Part shown: positions 41,025 through 50,617 of the stretch, one piece after another
Layout of the letters: each line of letters begins with the position of its first letter
Position numbering within the stretch: the stretch's first letter is position 1
Assembly (NCBI GenBank): GCA_963674865.2
Contig: CAXXYE010000004.1
Span: 480,001-544,000 of the forward strand
DNA: 64,000 nt
Direction of reading: 5' to 3'
Source: Candidatus Hydrogenedentota bacterium
GTDB lineage: Bacteria; Hydrogenedentota; Hydrogenedentia; Hydrogenedentales; SLHB01
Program-made: the position numbers and the translations under genes
The notes under the pieces: model-generated
Seen by the model: the letters and a program-made list of their open reading frames with translations, nothing else
Databases searched by the model: none
What the model was told of the DNA's origin: nothing

Positions 41025-42606
41025 TGTCAAGACTCTTTAGAAATGTCACATGTTGGGACTCATTAGAAATGTCCTATGCTCGATGGTTGCAGAAGCGAGT
41101 TATCCAAGGTCTGTGGTCAGGTGCGTAGCAGCTGTCCCCAGACCGTCATATCCACATCCAGCGCGAAGCGCGCGGGCGCATAGCGCTCGTCGAGGATGTG
41201 GATATGTGGGTAACTCGCGTGCTCACCTTTCTTTTGCGTTCATGAGAGGTAGGCGTTGGACGTTGGGCCGCCAGCGCTTGTAGGGCGCGGGGGGAGCGTT
41301 CTTCTTCTTGGGCTTGGCGGGGGGCTGGACCTGTTGGACTCGTTGCTGCCCTTCTCGTTTGTATTGCTTGACCGTGAGCCTGCGGTAGTCAAGGTCCTGG
41401 TCTTTGTAGAGCAGCCTGATGCCGCCGTGCAGATGGGTGCGGACCAGAATCCTGTCTTTGGGCCGGGGCAGAGGACTGTTGTTCTTGAGGATTTGGTAGT
41501 AATGATTCCCGAAACGGACGGTCCAGTCGTTTTGGACGACGCGCAGTTCCTCGAAGCAAAAAATGTCATGCAGCTCAAGGCCTTTGGGTGGAGGACGGTG
41601 ATAGTCCAGTTCCTCACGGGGCGCAATGGCGAACTTGGCGTTCAGAGCGTCACAAAAGCTTTCGTAGAGCAGCTTGTCGGCGGTGGCGATGGTGGTGATG
41701 CGCCGCAAGGCGAGTTCCTTGACGAACCGGTTCTGGTATGTGCCGTTGGAGCGCTCGACGCGGCCTTTGGCTTGAGGCGAAGTCGCGGGGATGATGACGA
41801 TTCCCAGCTTATAGCAGGCCTCTCCGAATTGAGTCAGCGGCTCGCGCCCCGCCAGTTGCTCTTCGAGCGTGGGCTCCCGGCCGGTGATGTAGACGTTCTT
41901 TCGGTCCGTATACAGCGCCCGAGGAATACCGTATTTCTCGATCCACCGCCACAGAAGCTGCATGGCGGCCTGCTTCGTTTCTTGCTCGGCCATGAGCGCC
42001 AAGGTTTCTCCTGTGGCGTCATCTATCATGTTCATCAGACAAGTTTGGCCTTGGTCCGGCCCGAACCAGTGGTGGTGACTCCCATCCATCTGCACCAGCT
42101 CTCCGAAATGGGCTCGCCGCTCCCTGCGGGAGCGATGCCGGCGCCCGGTGTCTCCCTTCGCCCAGAGCCCCTGCTCAAGCAGCCAGCGCCGTAACGTCTC
42201 GTGGTCGATGCACAGGCCTTCCTCCGCCAGCTTCTCCGCGGCCAGGGTCGGCCCCAAATCGTGTTCTCTATAGCGTTCCTGATAGCGCCGAAGGACTTTG
42301 TCCCGGAACGCGGCAGGCTTGGCTCGATTAGACGCCCGGCCCCGGTTGCGATGCACCAACCCCTCATCTCCCTCTGACACGAAGCGTGCGTGTATCCGCA
42401 GCGCCTGCCGGTAGCTCACTTCCATGCGCCGCGCCGCTTCCGCCAGGGTCATATGCTTTCCCACAACAAGCTCCAACAACGACTTACGCATCAATTCCTT
42501 GCGACTCATCTTCAAATGCCCTTCCACGGCAGCCCTCCAAGTGAAAGGCTCCAATTGTGACATTTCTAATGAGTCGAGGGGGTGACACTATCAAAGAGTC
42601 GCGCCA
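41025..42606 (-). mobile_element. Complete IS1202-family (ex-ISNCY) insertion sequence, about 1.58 kb, with 17-bp target duplication
   Basis: Ends TGTCAAGACTCTTTAGAAATGTCAC and GTGACACTATCAAAGAGTCGCGCCA, each with a second internal copy; TCGTCGTCACAGATGCC repeated at 41008-41024 and 42607-42623. Confidence 0.88.
41223..42527 (-). CDS. DDE transposase (IS1202/ISNCY type)
   Basis: HTH (MTLAEAARRMEVSYRQ), GELVQMDGS, LYTDR, SPQAKGRVER; GTG start after GGAGG. Confidence 0.93.
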   Translation of the reverse strand: MEGHLKMSRKELMRKSLLELVVGKHMTLAEAARRMEVSYRQALRIHARFVSEGDEGLVHRNRGRASNRAKPAAFRDKVLRRYQERYREHDLGPTLAAEKLAEEGLCIDHETLRRWLLEQGLWAKGDTGRRHRSRRERRAHFGELVQMDGSHHHWFGPDQGQTCLMNMIDDATGETLALMAEQETKQAAMQLLWRWIEKYGIPRALYTDRKNVYITGREPTLEEQLAGREPLTQFGEACYKLGIVIIPATSPQAKGRVERSNGTYQNRFVKELALRRITTIATADKLLYESFCDALNAKFAIAPREELDYHRPPPKGLELHDIFCFEELRVVQNDWTVRFGNHYYQILKNNSPLPRPKDRILVRTHLHGGIRLLYKDQDLDYRRLTVKQYKREGQQRVQQVQPPAKPKKKNAPPAPYKRWRPNVQRLPLMNAKER

Positions 42607-42700
42607 TCGTCGTCACAGATGCCTTGACACCGCGTCCTCGTGTATCATATCCGTCGCCGGAACCAGCTCCATCGACACCAGGCAATACACTGTTTTGGAC

Positions 42701-43429
42701 GTGAATTACGACGACATCGCGGATTCGTATGACGACCACCGCCGGGCCGGGGGGCCGTACATCCCTCCCCTGGCGGCGTTGGCCCGTGCGGCGAACGCGC
42801 GCCGCGTGCTCGAACTCGGCTCAGGCACCGGCAACGGTACCTCCGCGTTTCTCAACGCCTATCCGTGCGCGTTGACGGGGCTCGAACTCTCCGCAGGAAT
42901 GCTGGACAAAGCGCGCAAGAAGCCTATCCCGGCACGCTGGGTGCGCGGCTCGGGCACACACATCCCGCTCGCCGACGCCGGCGTGGATTTCGTCTTCGGC
43001 TGCTATGTGCTCCATCACGTCCCAGACCTCGAAGTCCTGCTGCGCGAGTGTGCACGCGTCATCGGCAAAGGCCGGGCCGCTTTCGTAACAGCCTCCCACG
43101 AATTCATCGAGAACTATCCCATCAGACGCTACTTCCCGAGCTTTGTCGCCATTGACAAGGCGCGTTTTCCAACCGTCGAGCGTATCCAGGAAGCCCTTGC
43201 TGCCTCAGGCTTTGAGGCAGTCGACGTCGAGACAATCATTGCCCCGCGCGGCCCCATAGACCACGCCTACGCCGAGAAGATCGCCTCCAAATTCGTCTCC
43301 ACGTATCGCCTGCTCCCCGAGGCCGAGTTCGAGGAGGGCCTCAGGCGTCTCAGGGCGGACCTCGAACCTACGGGCCGCCTCGACCTCGAGTTCACCTACG
43401 AGGCAACCATCGTGTGGGGCGCCAAGTGA
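42701..43429 (+). CDS. Class I SAM-dependent methyltransferase
   Basis: VLELGSGTG motif I, GLELSAGML, IPLADAGVD, LHHV. Confidence 0.88.
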   Translation: MNYDDIADSYDDHRRAGGPYIPPLAALARAANARRVLELGSGTGNGTSAFLNAYPCALTGLELSAGMLDKARKKPIPARWVRGSGTHIPLADAGVDFVFGCYVLHHVPDLEVLLRECARVIGKGRAAFVTASHEFIENYPIRRYFPSFVAIDKARFPTVERIQEALAASGFEAVDVETIIAPRGPIDHAYAEKIASKFVSTYRLLPEAEFEEGLRRLRADLEPTGRLDLEFTYEATIVWGAK

Positions 43430-43442
43430 ACGGCGAAGCGCC

Positions 43443-44480
43443 ATGAAGAAGGTCCGCAAGAAGCGCAAGAAGCGGGTGAGATCGCGGGACTGGCACACCG
43501 AAGGGGACTTCGCCTTCTCCCACGACCGCGCCAAGCACTTGCGGACGGGCAGCATTCCTGAGGAGGAAGAGGCGCCGTTGGGCATTCCCGAGGGGCAGGC
43601 CCCGAACGGCCTTGTGGTATCCATCGCCGGCCCTTGGGCGTCCGTGCAAATGGGCGACGAGGAGCCGCTTTGCCGGATTGACGAGCGGATGATGTTTGGC
43701 CGCTCCTCGGTACTGGCGCCTGGCGACGAAGTCTTCGTCGAGCCCGAAGAGGACGCCCTGTTCATACGGGCCTCCGCCCCCCGGCGAACCAAACTGAGCC
43801 GCCCGGCCATCCAAGGCGGCCGCGTGCGCGAACAGATCATCGCCGCGAACGTGGATGTGCTCGTGATTGTCGCGTCCGTACTGCGCCCGCGCTTCAAGCC
43901 GGGCCTGGTAGATCGCTATCTCGTCGCCGCGGGCGTGGGGGGCGTGACGCCCCTGCTGTGCATCAACAAGCTCGACCTCGTCGAGGAAGAGCCCAAGGAA
44001 ATCGCTGTCTACCGCGAGGTGGGCCTTCAAGTAATCGCCACAAGTTGCCTCACCGGCGACGGAATCGAGGAATTGCACGACGCCCTGCGCGGCAAACTGA
44101 GCGTGCTGGCCGGCCATAGCGGCGTCGGCAAGTCATCCATTCTCAATGCCATGGACGCCAGTTTGGACATCCGGACGCGCGAGGTGAGCGATTACAGCGA
44201 AAAGGGCAAACACACCACCTCCGCCTCACGCTTGTACAACCTGCCCGGCGGCGTTCGCGTCATCGACACGCCGGGCATCCGCGAACTCGGCCTCTGGGGC
44301 GTCAGCCACGAGGAACTCACCTTCTTCTTCCCCGAGATCGAGGCTCTCGCCCCCCAATGCCGCTTCCGCAACTGCACCCACACCCACGAGCCCGAATGCG
44401 CCGTCCGCGAGGCCGTCGACGCCGGCGAGATCACCCGCCTCCGATACGAATCGTACCGCCGCATCCACGAGAGCCTCTAA
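43443..44480 (+). CDS. rsgA: Ribosome small-subunit-dependent GTPase RsgA
   Basis: Circularly permuted G motifs NKLD, GHSGVGKSS, GKHTT, DTPG; CRFRNCTHTHEPEC zinc site. Confidence 0.96.
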   Translation: MKKVRKKRKKRVRSRDWHTEGDFAFSHDRAKHLRTGSIPEEEEAPLGIPEGQAPNGLVVSIAGPWASVQMGDEEPLCRIDERMMFGRSSVLAPGDEVFVEPEEDALFIRASAPRRTKLSRPAIQGGRVREQIIAANVDVLVIVASVLRPRFKPGLVDRYLVAAGVGGVTPLLCINKLDLVEEEPKEIAVYREVGLQVIATSCLTGDGIEELHDALRGKLSVLAGHSGVGKSSILNAMDASLDIRTREVSDYSEKGKHTTSASRLYNLPGGVRVIDTPGIRELGLWGVSHEELTFFFPEIEALAPQCRFRNCTHTHEPECAVREAVDAGEITRLRYESYRRIHESL

Positions 44481-44547
44481 TTCATGGGCTAAACCACCGG
44501 CTCTGCTGGTGAGAATTGATCAGACTCTACTTCCAGCGTTTTCTGCT

Positions 44548-44715
44548 GACTGGATAACAGGATGTAGAGTACATCTTGATGGGCCAAGCCCTTTCTCGGG
44601 AGAGGGGCCGCCACGCGGCCTGCATGCCGTTTGGCCACAAACGGCCGGCACGATGATTATCCGCGCTTGGCTTCTGCGGATGAGATCCAATCCTGCGAAT
44701 CTTGTACATCCTGTC
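44548..44715. repeat. Degenerate element bounded by inverted short-period repeats (CAGGAT...ATCCTG)
   Basis: GACTGGATAACAGGATGTA at left versus AATCCTGCGAATCTTGTACATCCTGTC at right. Confidence 0.45.
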
Positions 44716-45228
44716 CAAAAGCTCCTCGGCCCTTCCTTTCAGCCATCCCCAAGTCACCAGCACCGCTGCTAGACATCGACTCCGCGTCCCCGCGACGAAT
44801 GACACCGTCGTGGCGCGAGTACTATTCGGCGAACTCTTGGGATCTGCAATGAAGTGAGATAGAGTATTGACTGTCCTAAAGGAAGAAGCTAGGCTCTAGG
44901 CGTGAATCGGGCAGCGCGCGCCAAGCTGCCGGGATTCCCGCCACCTAACGCAACGCAGGAACCGGCGGGGAATATCGCATTGGCACACAAGGCCACACGG
45001 CGGTAAGGATGATGACGGCTTAGACGGCATTTACCGTAGCACGAAGGCGTGTAGGCTTTGCTCGTCCCCTGGACAATCCCTGCGCCTCCGCCGCCGCGTA
45101 CCGCGTAGGTGTCGCGAAACCGAGTATCGAGGACGTTCAACGCCGCCGGCCAGGAGTGAGTGGGAGTCTGTGTAGTCTATCTCCTATTGGGCTGGCCCTT
45201 ACGACAACACCAAGGGAGGGAGAACGGG

Positions 45229-45717
45229 ATGGCGCTTGACGCAAGTCCGAGCCACAGTATCTTCAGAAAAGTGGCCGGGCCGAAGTTCTATCTCAGGCTA
45301 TCCACGATTGCTCTTGGCGGGACTGCACTTGGATTCGTAGGATCAATGCTCACATCCGCGACTTCATGGGAAAGCCTCTTGAACGAGTTCTGCGCTCCCG
45401 GAACCTGGCGGCGGGGCCTCGTGATTCTAGCCACACTGACGATAGTCCTTCTAGTTTTCGCTTTCCGAAGAGCCGCAACGCAGGTTGTGCTAAACGACGA
45501 CAGACTCCTGTTGAAGTCAATGCCCGGCGTCCGCGCCGTTTGTTGGGCTGAGGTATCTTCGGTGGCCTTAACGCGTGGGAGCGGCGGCCAGGTGGAGTCC
45601 ATCTTGCTGTGCTACGGTGAGGCGAATAGACTACGCCTCCGCGGCTATGACAACATGGAGGCCATGGCAGAGGCCATGCGTCTGCGCATGCCCGGCCAGC
45701 ACATCGTCGAGGCGTAG
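45229..45717 (+). CDS. Hypothetical membrane protein (two TMs + small soluble domain)
   Basis: GGAGGG RBS; two hydrophobic segments then WAEVSSV, resembling bacterial PH-like domains. Confidence 0.5.
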   Translation: MALDASPSHSIFRKVAGPKFYLRLSTIALGGTALGFVGSMLTSATSWESLLNEFCAPGTWRRGLVILATLTIVLLVFAFRRAATQVVLNDDRLLLKSMPGVRAVCWAEVSSVALTRGSGGQVESILLCYGEANRLRLRGYDNMEAMAEAMRLRMPGQHIVEA

Positions 45718-45917
45718 GCGACGTCGGGGAGACGGAGGGGATACAAGGTAGACAGAGCGGCATGGCGCCTGTTCGCGGCCCAATCCCTCGGAGCGGCTGG
45801 ACTTGCGGCGATACATGGCCCGTGTGGCAGCCGGTTGCGTACCTTTGTTTGTCCTTGCTTGGCTCTGATTCATAGGGGACGCGGAAGTTCCGGCAACTAC
45901 CTCAAGGGAAATGGCTC

Positions 45918-46547
45918 ATGAAACACAAACTCGGGAAGTGCGTTGCTGTGATTCTGATGGTGGCGCTGACTGCCGGCGTATCGAGTTACCTGACTCGACA
46001 CGTGCTCTGGAAGCAAGGCTATCGTCCCCGCTCCAAGATAATCGAGGGCGGAATGGCTTATGGCTCCCCTGGCCCAAGTGGGGCGGTGGAAAACGAGTTC
46101 TTCGGGGATGCTGCAGAAGTGAGAGCCTTCTGGATGATGAAGGCCTGGCACGATGAGCCTTATGAGATGTTCTGCACGCTCAGTGACTATGACGAGACAG
46201 GCAATCCGCGGTGCTGGACCATGCGTTGCGGGGATATACCGAAACAGACTGTTGACTATTTCTACTACAAGGGAGAGGGGGCTGTGGTCCACGCGCTCAT
46301 CCTACCGGGAAAGGAGCCGGGCGCGGGATTCATGTACGAAGATCTGGATGGCGACGGGAGGCTGGACGTGGCGAAAGACCAGACAGCCGGAAAGAAACAT
46401 GTCCTTGTGGAAAATGTTTGGGCAGAAGTTGTAGAGGAGCAAGAAGGCAGCGCAAGTCTAGAGGAAGCTCGAAGGGCAAGCGCGAAGTTCAGCGGTGAGC
46501 AAGTGCATGTCGTGTTTCGAGATGGTGCCTGGCTCTTGCCTGACTAG
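45918..46547 (+). CDS. Hypothetical membrane-anchored protein, tandem paralogue 1
   Basis: N-terminal TM; DYDETG; YEDLDGDGRLD; C-terminal FRDGAW. Confidence 0.7.
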   Translation: MKHKLGKCVAVILMVALTAGVSSYLTRHVLWKQGYRPRSKIIEGGMAYGSPGPSGAVENEFFGDAAEVRAFWMMKAWHDEPYEMFCTLSDYDETGNPRCWTMRCGDIPKQTVDYFYYKGEGAVVHALILPGKEPGAGFMYEDLDGDGRLDVAKDQTAGKKHVLVENVWAEVVEEQEGSASLEEARRASAKFSGEQVHVVFRDGAWLLPD

Positions 46548-46593
46548 ACTCGCCGAGTGCGCCAAGTAGGTGGAGGATGCATAGGTGTTAGAG

Positions 46594-47274
46594 ATGGAGA
46601 AGCAACAGCCCATACGCAAGAGACATATCGCGGTGGTGGCGTTGTTGGCTGTACTGCTTGGCATTGCGGGCGGATATGGGCGCGTACGCTACGCTGAGTC
46701 CAACATGAGGCCATTCTATGAGCACAAGGTCGAGAATGGCGTTCGCGTCCTCATGACGCGCCTGTCGCAATTAAGAACTGTCGAAACGAGCTGTGGGCCT
46801 GATCCAAAAGATGGCGCAAGAAACTGGAACGTCCTGATAAACGCCACTGCCGGGCCCCTTGCGGAGTACATCGGGGCGGACTATGATTTGGACGGCATTG
46901 TTGATCTGTTCATCCTTTCTCTGAAGTGGCCGGGCAAAGACCAGGATTTTACGAGATTCGAGTACTTGCAGGCCTCGTCACCGGACGATCCGGCGCGTTT
47001 AGGCTCCGTGCTGCTAGAGCTTGGCGATCAGCCAGAGCCGGAGAAGCGGTGGCTGTATGAGGACACAAACCTAGACGGACGAATTGACAGGCGAGCCCGG
47101 TTTGACGGGAAGACGCTCCTTAGCGTGGAGATTCTCTATGCTAATGAGTGGCTGGATGTCCAGCCGTGCAGTTTCGACACAGATGGGCCGTTCACCGTTC
47201 ACACTGGAGATCGGACGTTCACCTGGAACAGCGGCGAGTGGGCTCCAGTTAGCGGTGGTGAAGGACAGAGTTGA
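46594..47274 (+). CDS. Hypothetical membrane-anchored protein, tandem paralogue 2
   Basis: N-terminal TM; DYDLDG; YEDTNLDGRID; C-terminal WNSGEW. Confidence 0.7.
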   Translation: MEKQQPIRKRHIAVVALLAVLLGIAGGYGRVRYAESNMRPFYEHKVENGVRVLMTRLSQLRTVETSCGPDPKDGARNWNVLINATAGPLAEYIGADYDLDGIVDLFILSLKWPGKDQDFTRFEYLQASSPDDPARLGSVLLELGDQPEPEKRWLYEDTNLDGRIDRRARFDGKTLLSVEILYANEWLDVQPCSFDTDGPFTVHTGDRTFTWNSGEWAPVSGGEGQS

Positions 47275-47340
47275 TCTCTCGGCGGTGGCTGTCCACCTTC
47301 GACTGGTGCTCTGCAGTTTGGAAGTGAGAGGGGTTTCGAC

Positions 47341-47988
47341 GTGCGACGAGGACTGCGTCTCCTTGCTTACCTCCTGATCGCTATCGTTTCATACTACGTT
47401 ACCGTGGTTGTGGCCGGGCGTGTGATATTCAGCCGCATGGAGCAGCAAGCGGGCTACACGCGGGACGACCACGGATATGTTCTTCGGATTCCGGATTCGG
47501 AACTCGGGGTGATCGAGACCGGTACAGATACGTCGGGCGACGGTAAGCAAGACACGTTGGCCGTTCAGATCGGGACGGACCCAGACCATCTCGTATGGTT
47601 CGTTGCCCACGACCCCGACTCGGATGAGTGGATGGACACGATGTCCTTGTATGTTGGCCAGGACGGCCGCTATGCGTCTTTTGACGAAGGTCGGTTTGAC
47701 GAGGTCTCCACTGACTCTTACCAGCAGGTTACCCTCGGGAGCTACACACGGGAGGGCGTGTATTGGATATACGAAGACGTTGACTTCGACGGCGATTTCG
47801 ACGTCATGCGGTTTAAGGAGGATGAGAATCCCGTCCGCACTCTCCTGCGAGTTGGGAAAGAGTGGCTCGAGGAGGACGACTCACCTGGAAACCCTCCTTA
47901 CAGCGTCCGGCTGGCGGATGGGACTACTTGTGAAGCTGTCTTCGACTATGACAGGCGGAGTTTCGTGCTGCCCGGGGGGCCAGAGTGA
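47341..47988 (+). CDS. Hypothetical membrane-anchored protein, tandem paralogue 3
   Basis: N-terminal TM; DTSGDG, DPDSDE; YEDVDFDGDFD. Confidence 0.7.
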   Translation: MRRGLRLLAYLLIAIVSYYVTVVVAGRVIFSRMEQQAGYTRDDHGYVLRIPDSELGVIETGTDTSGDGKQDTLAVQIGTDPDHLVWFVAHDPDSDEWMDTMSLYVGQDGRYASFDEGRFDEVSTDSYQQVTLGSYTREGVYWIYEDVDFDGDFDVMRFKEDENPVRTLLRVGKEWLEEDDSPGNPPYSVRLADGTTCEAVFDYDRRSFVLPGGPE

Positions 47989-48196
47989 CAGGGAGAGAAT
48001 AGAGGACGGAGTACGTGATTTTCCCGCCTGAAGCAGCTTGGCTTGGGCCATGAGTAGGGCGGCGCGAGTGGTGCTACCGGGACTTTCTCAGCACACAAGC
48101 CGGCGCGGGGACCGGCGGGGATGTCGCAATGGTGCACAAGACCACACGGGGGCGAGAATGGTGACAGCTTTGACAGCATTCAGCGTGGCACGAAGA

Positions 48197-48802
48197 ATGG
48201 CCGGCCCTGCGGCTCGACACCTTTTGTTTTCAGGCAAGAACGTGGCCGGTAGGCTACTGATTGTCGTAGTCTTGCTGACGGCTGGGTGCTGGCCGGCGAG
48301 CTTTCCCAAGCTGGTAACTGTCGACGTTTCGAACTACAAGGGCGACGGGCAGATCTCTATTCTTGGCTCGAATCCAATAAACCAAGGCTTCAAGATTGAG
48401 TTCGACCGCATGGATCTGCGCTCCAAGTTCTCGAAGACATACGAACTTGTTGACTTCCCGCACATGGAACAACTTTATGAGTTCGGGCTCTACGTGAAAA
48501 GTGAGCGTAATGATCTTGAAGATGATCTTAAGGGTGTGATGTCGTTCACCGTGTCAGCGCCGGAAGGCAAAACCATCTGTCGGGGCGCGGCGCCATTGGC
48601 GGAATGGACATATAGCAACTGGTGGTACGAAGGTTACAACCACTACTTCGTCTACTTGCACGAAGAGTCCAACAGCTCTTGCGCGGAACCGGAAAGTGTA
48701 TCGGGGACGGACGGATTGTCTCTGATCGTCGAATATGACCCCAGGGGCACAACGCTGGACACGTCAGGGGTGATCCAGCTGAAAGTCGGCGGCTTCTACT
48801 GA
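48197..48802 (+). CDS. Hypothetical lipoprotein
   Basis: Lipobox LTAGC after hydrophobic stretch; start uncertain (ORF open from 48038). Confidence 0.6.
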   Translation: MAGPAARHLLFSGKNVAGRLLIVVVLLTAGCWPASFPKLVTVDVSNYKGDGQISILGSNPINQGFKIEFDRMDLRSKFSKTYELVDFPHMEQLYEFGLYVKSERNDLEDDLKGVMSFTVSAPEGKTICRGAAPLAEWTYSNWWYEGYNHYFVYLHEESNSSCAEPESVSGTDGLSLIVEYDPRGTTLDTSGVIQLKVGGFY

Positions 48803-49183
48803 GGCAAGGGGCCGGAATCCTGGGACGCTCTGCGACGGATCGGCTGATGTCTTCTCCCTGCCGCCCTTCCTTCCTGAACGGTCCTGGCGCCCTTCAAGAC
48901 TGCTTCTCCCACCCGCAAAGGCGTTGTCTCAGCGCGCTCCCGTGCAACGATGATGAGGGAGAGGGTATCCACTCATCAAGGGACTGAAGACCCATTCGCC
49001 GCCCAATGCCCTGTCGGCCTTTGAGTTACAGAGGACTTGCGCGCCTCGTATTGCGACAGGGCTCTTGATGGTGGCCAAAATTACTGATTGTATATTCAGC
49101 CTTTTGTTGTCACAAACCCCTTTCCCTAGTGGTATCGCGAATGCTATACTAACCTTTGGCACAATATATAGTAGGAGCCACGC

Positions 49184-50617
49184 GTGAACGGATCGAAACG
49201 GAAAGTCCATTTCATAGGTGTCGGCGGGATCGGTATGAGCGGCTTGGCCGAGATCCTGCTCAATCTAGGCTATGAAGTGTCGGGCTCCGACCTCAAGTCA
49301 TCTGAGATCACGCGCCGCCTCGCCGGACTTGGCCTCGACTTCCACGAAGGCCATGCGCCGGGCCACATCGGAGACGCAGGGATCGTCGTCGTATCGGCGG
49401 CGGTGCCTGGCGACAACGCAGAGGTGCTGGCGGCGCGGGAACGCGGCACGCCCGTGATTCATCGCAGCGACCTGCTCGCCGATCTGATGCGCCTCAAACC
49501 GAACGCCGTCGCCGTCGGGGGCACGCATGGCAAGACTACGACCACCTCGATGGTTAGCGCCATCCTCGATCAGGCCAACTTCGGCGCGACAAGCATTGTA
49601 GGCGGGATTCTCCACCGCAGCGGCACCAACGCCCGCTGGGGCACCGGAGACTACCTCGTCGCCGAGGCCGACGAGCACGACGGCTCCTTCCTGCGGCTCC
49701 ATCCAACCATCAGCGTCGTGACGAACATCGACGCGGAACACCTCGAATACTACGGCACCCTCGACAAGATTAAGCGCGCCTTCACCGATTTCTGCAATGG
49801 CGTGCCCTTCTACGGCTACTCCATTGTCTGCCGCGACGACGCGAACACCCGCGACATCCTCGACGCCATCGATAGTGTGTGCATCACCTATGGCATCGAG
49901 GAGGGAGCCTCACTCGTCGCCTCGAACATCACCCTCGAAAAAGGCGCCGCAGTCCAGTCGAGGGCGGCCCAACTCGGCGCGCTCCGGACGCGCTTCGACG
50001 TAACCTCCTCGGACGAACGGCTAGGTGCAACGGGCCGCCTGGGCACGCTCGAAGTCAAAGCCCTCGGCGCACACAACGTTCGCAACGCCCTGGCCGCATG
50101 CGCCGTCGGCCTCTGCCTGGGCATGCGATTCAGCCAGATCGCCGAGGGCCTCCGTATATACGACGGCGTCCAGCGCCGCCTCCAGGTGTGCGGCGAGATC
50201 GGCGGCGTTACTGTCGTCGAGGACTACGCCCACCATCCCACCGAGATCGCGGCCACGCTCGACGCCGTGCGTTGGATCGAGCCTGAGCGGCTGATTTGCG
50301 TGTTCCAACCTCACCTTTACAGCCGCACCAAGTTCTTCTGCGATGAATTCGCCGAGGTCTTGAGCCGTGCCGATCGCGTGATTGTCACCGACATCTACCC
50401 GTCGCGGGAAGCGCCCATGCCCGGCGTGGATTCGGGCCTGATCGTCGACGCCGCCCAGCGTCAAGGCGCTCGACACGTCGCCCTCATCAACGACATGCAG
50501 GCCGTGCCCGGTATGCTCGCTCCCGAACTCGACGCCGGCGACCTCGTGCTCGTGCTCGGAGCCGGAAACATCAACCAGATCGGCCGCGACCTGCTAACGG
50601 CATTGAAGGAGCGATGA
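49184..50617 (+). CDS. murC: UDP-N-acetylmuramate--L-alanine ligase
   Basis: HFIGVGGIGMSG, GTHGKTTTT, EADEHDGSFL, DYAHHPTE, FQPHLYSRT, LGAG. Confidence 0.97.
   Translation: MNGSKRKVHFIGVGGIGMSGLAEILLNLGYEVSGSDLKSSEITRRLAGLGLDFHEGHAPGHIGDAGIVVVSAAVPGDNAEVLAARERGTPVIHRSDLLADLMRLKPNAVAVGGTHGKTTTTSMVSAILDQANFGATSIVGGILHRSGTNARWGTGDYLVAEADEHDGSFLRLHPTISVVTNIDAEHLEYYGTLDKIKRAFTDFCNGVPFYGYSIVCRDDANTRDILDAIDSVCITYGIEEGASLVASNITLEKGAAVQSRAAQLGALRTRFDVTSSDERLGATGRLGTLEVKALGAHNVRNALAACAVGLCLGMRFSQIAEGLRIYDGVQRRLQVCGEIGGVTVVEDYAHHPTEIAATLDAVRWIEPERLICVFQPHLYSRTKFFCDEFAEVLSRADRVIVTDIYPSREAPMPGVDSGLIVDAAQRQGARHVALINDMQAVPGMLAPELDAGDLVLVLGAGNINQIGRDLLTALKER

Noticed and set aside
42624..42648. TTGACA...TATCAT promoter for the methyltransferase next to the IS
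   Set aside because: Spacing is only 13 bp, too short for sigma70
45718..45921. Stop-free frame ending in an ATGA overlap with paralogue 1, as a possible toxin C-terminal remnant
   Set aside because: No convincing start/RBS and no toxin-like motif; length is within chance at this GC
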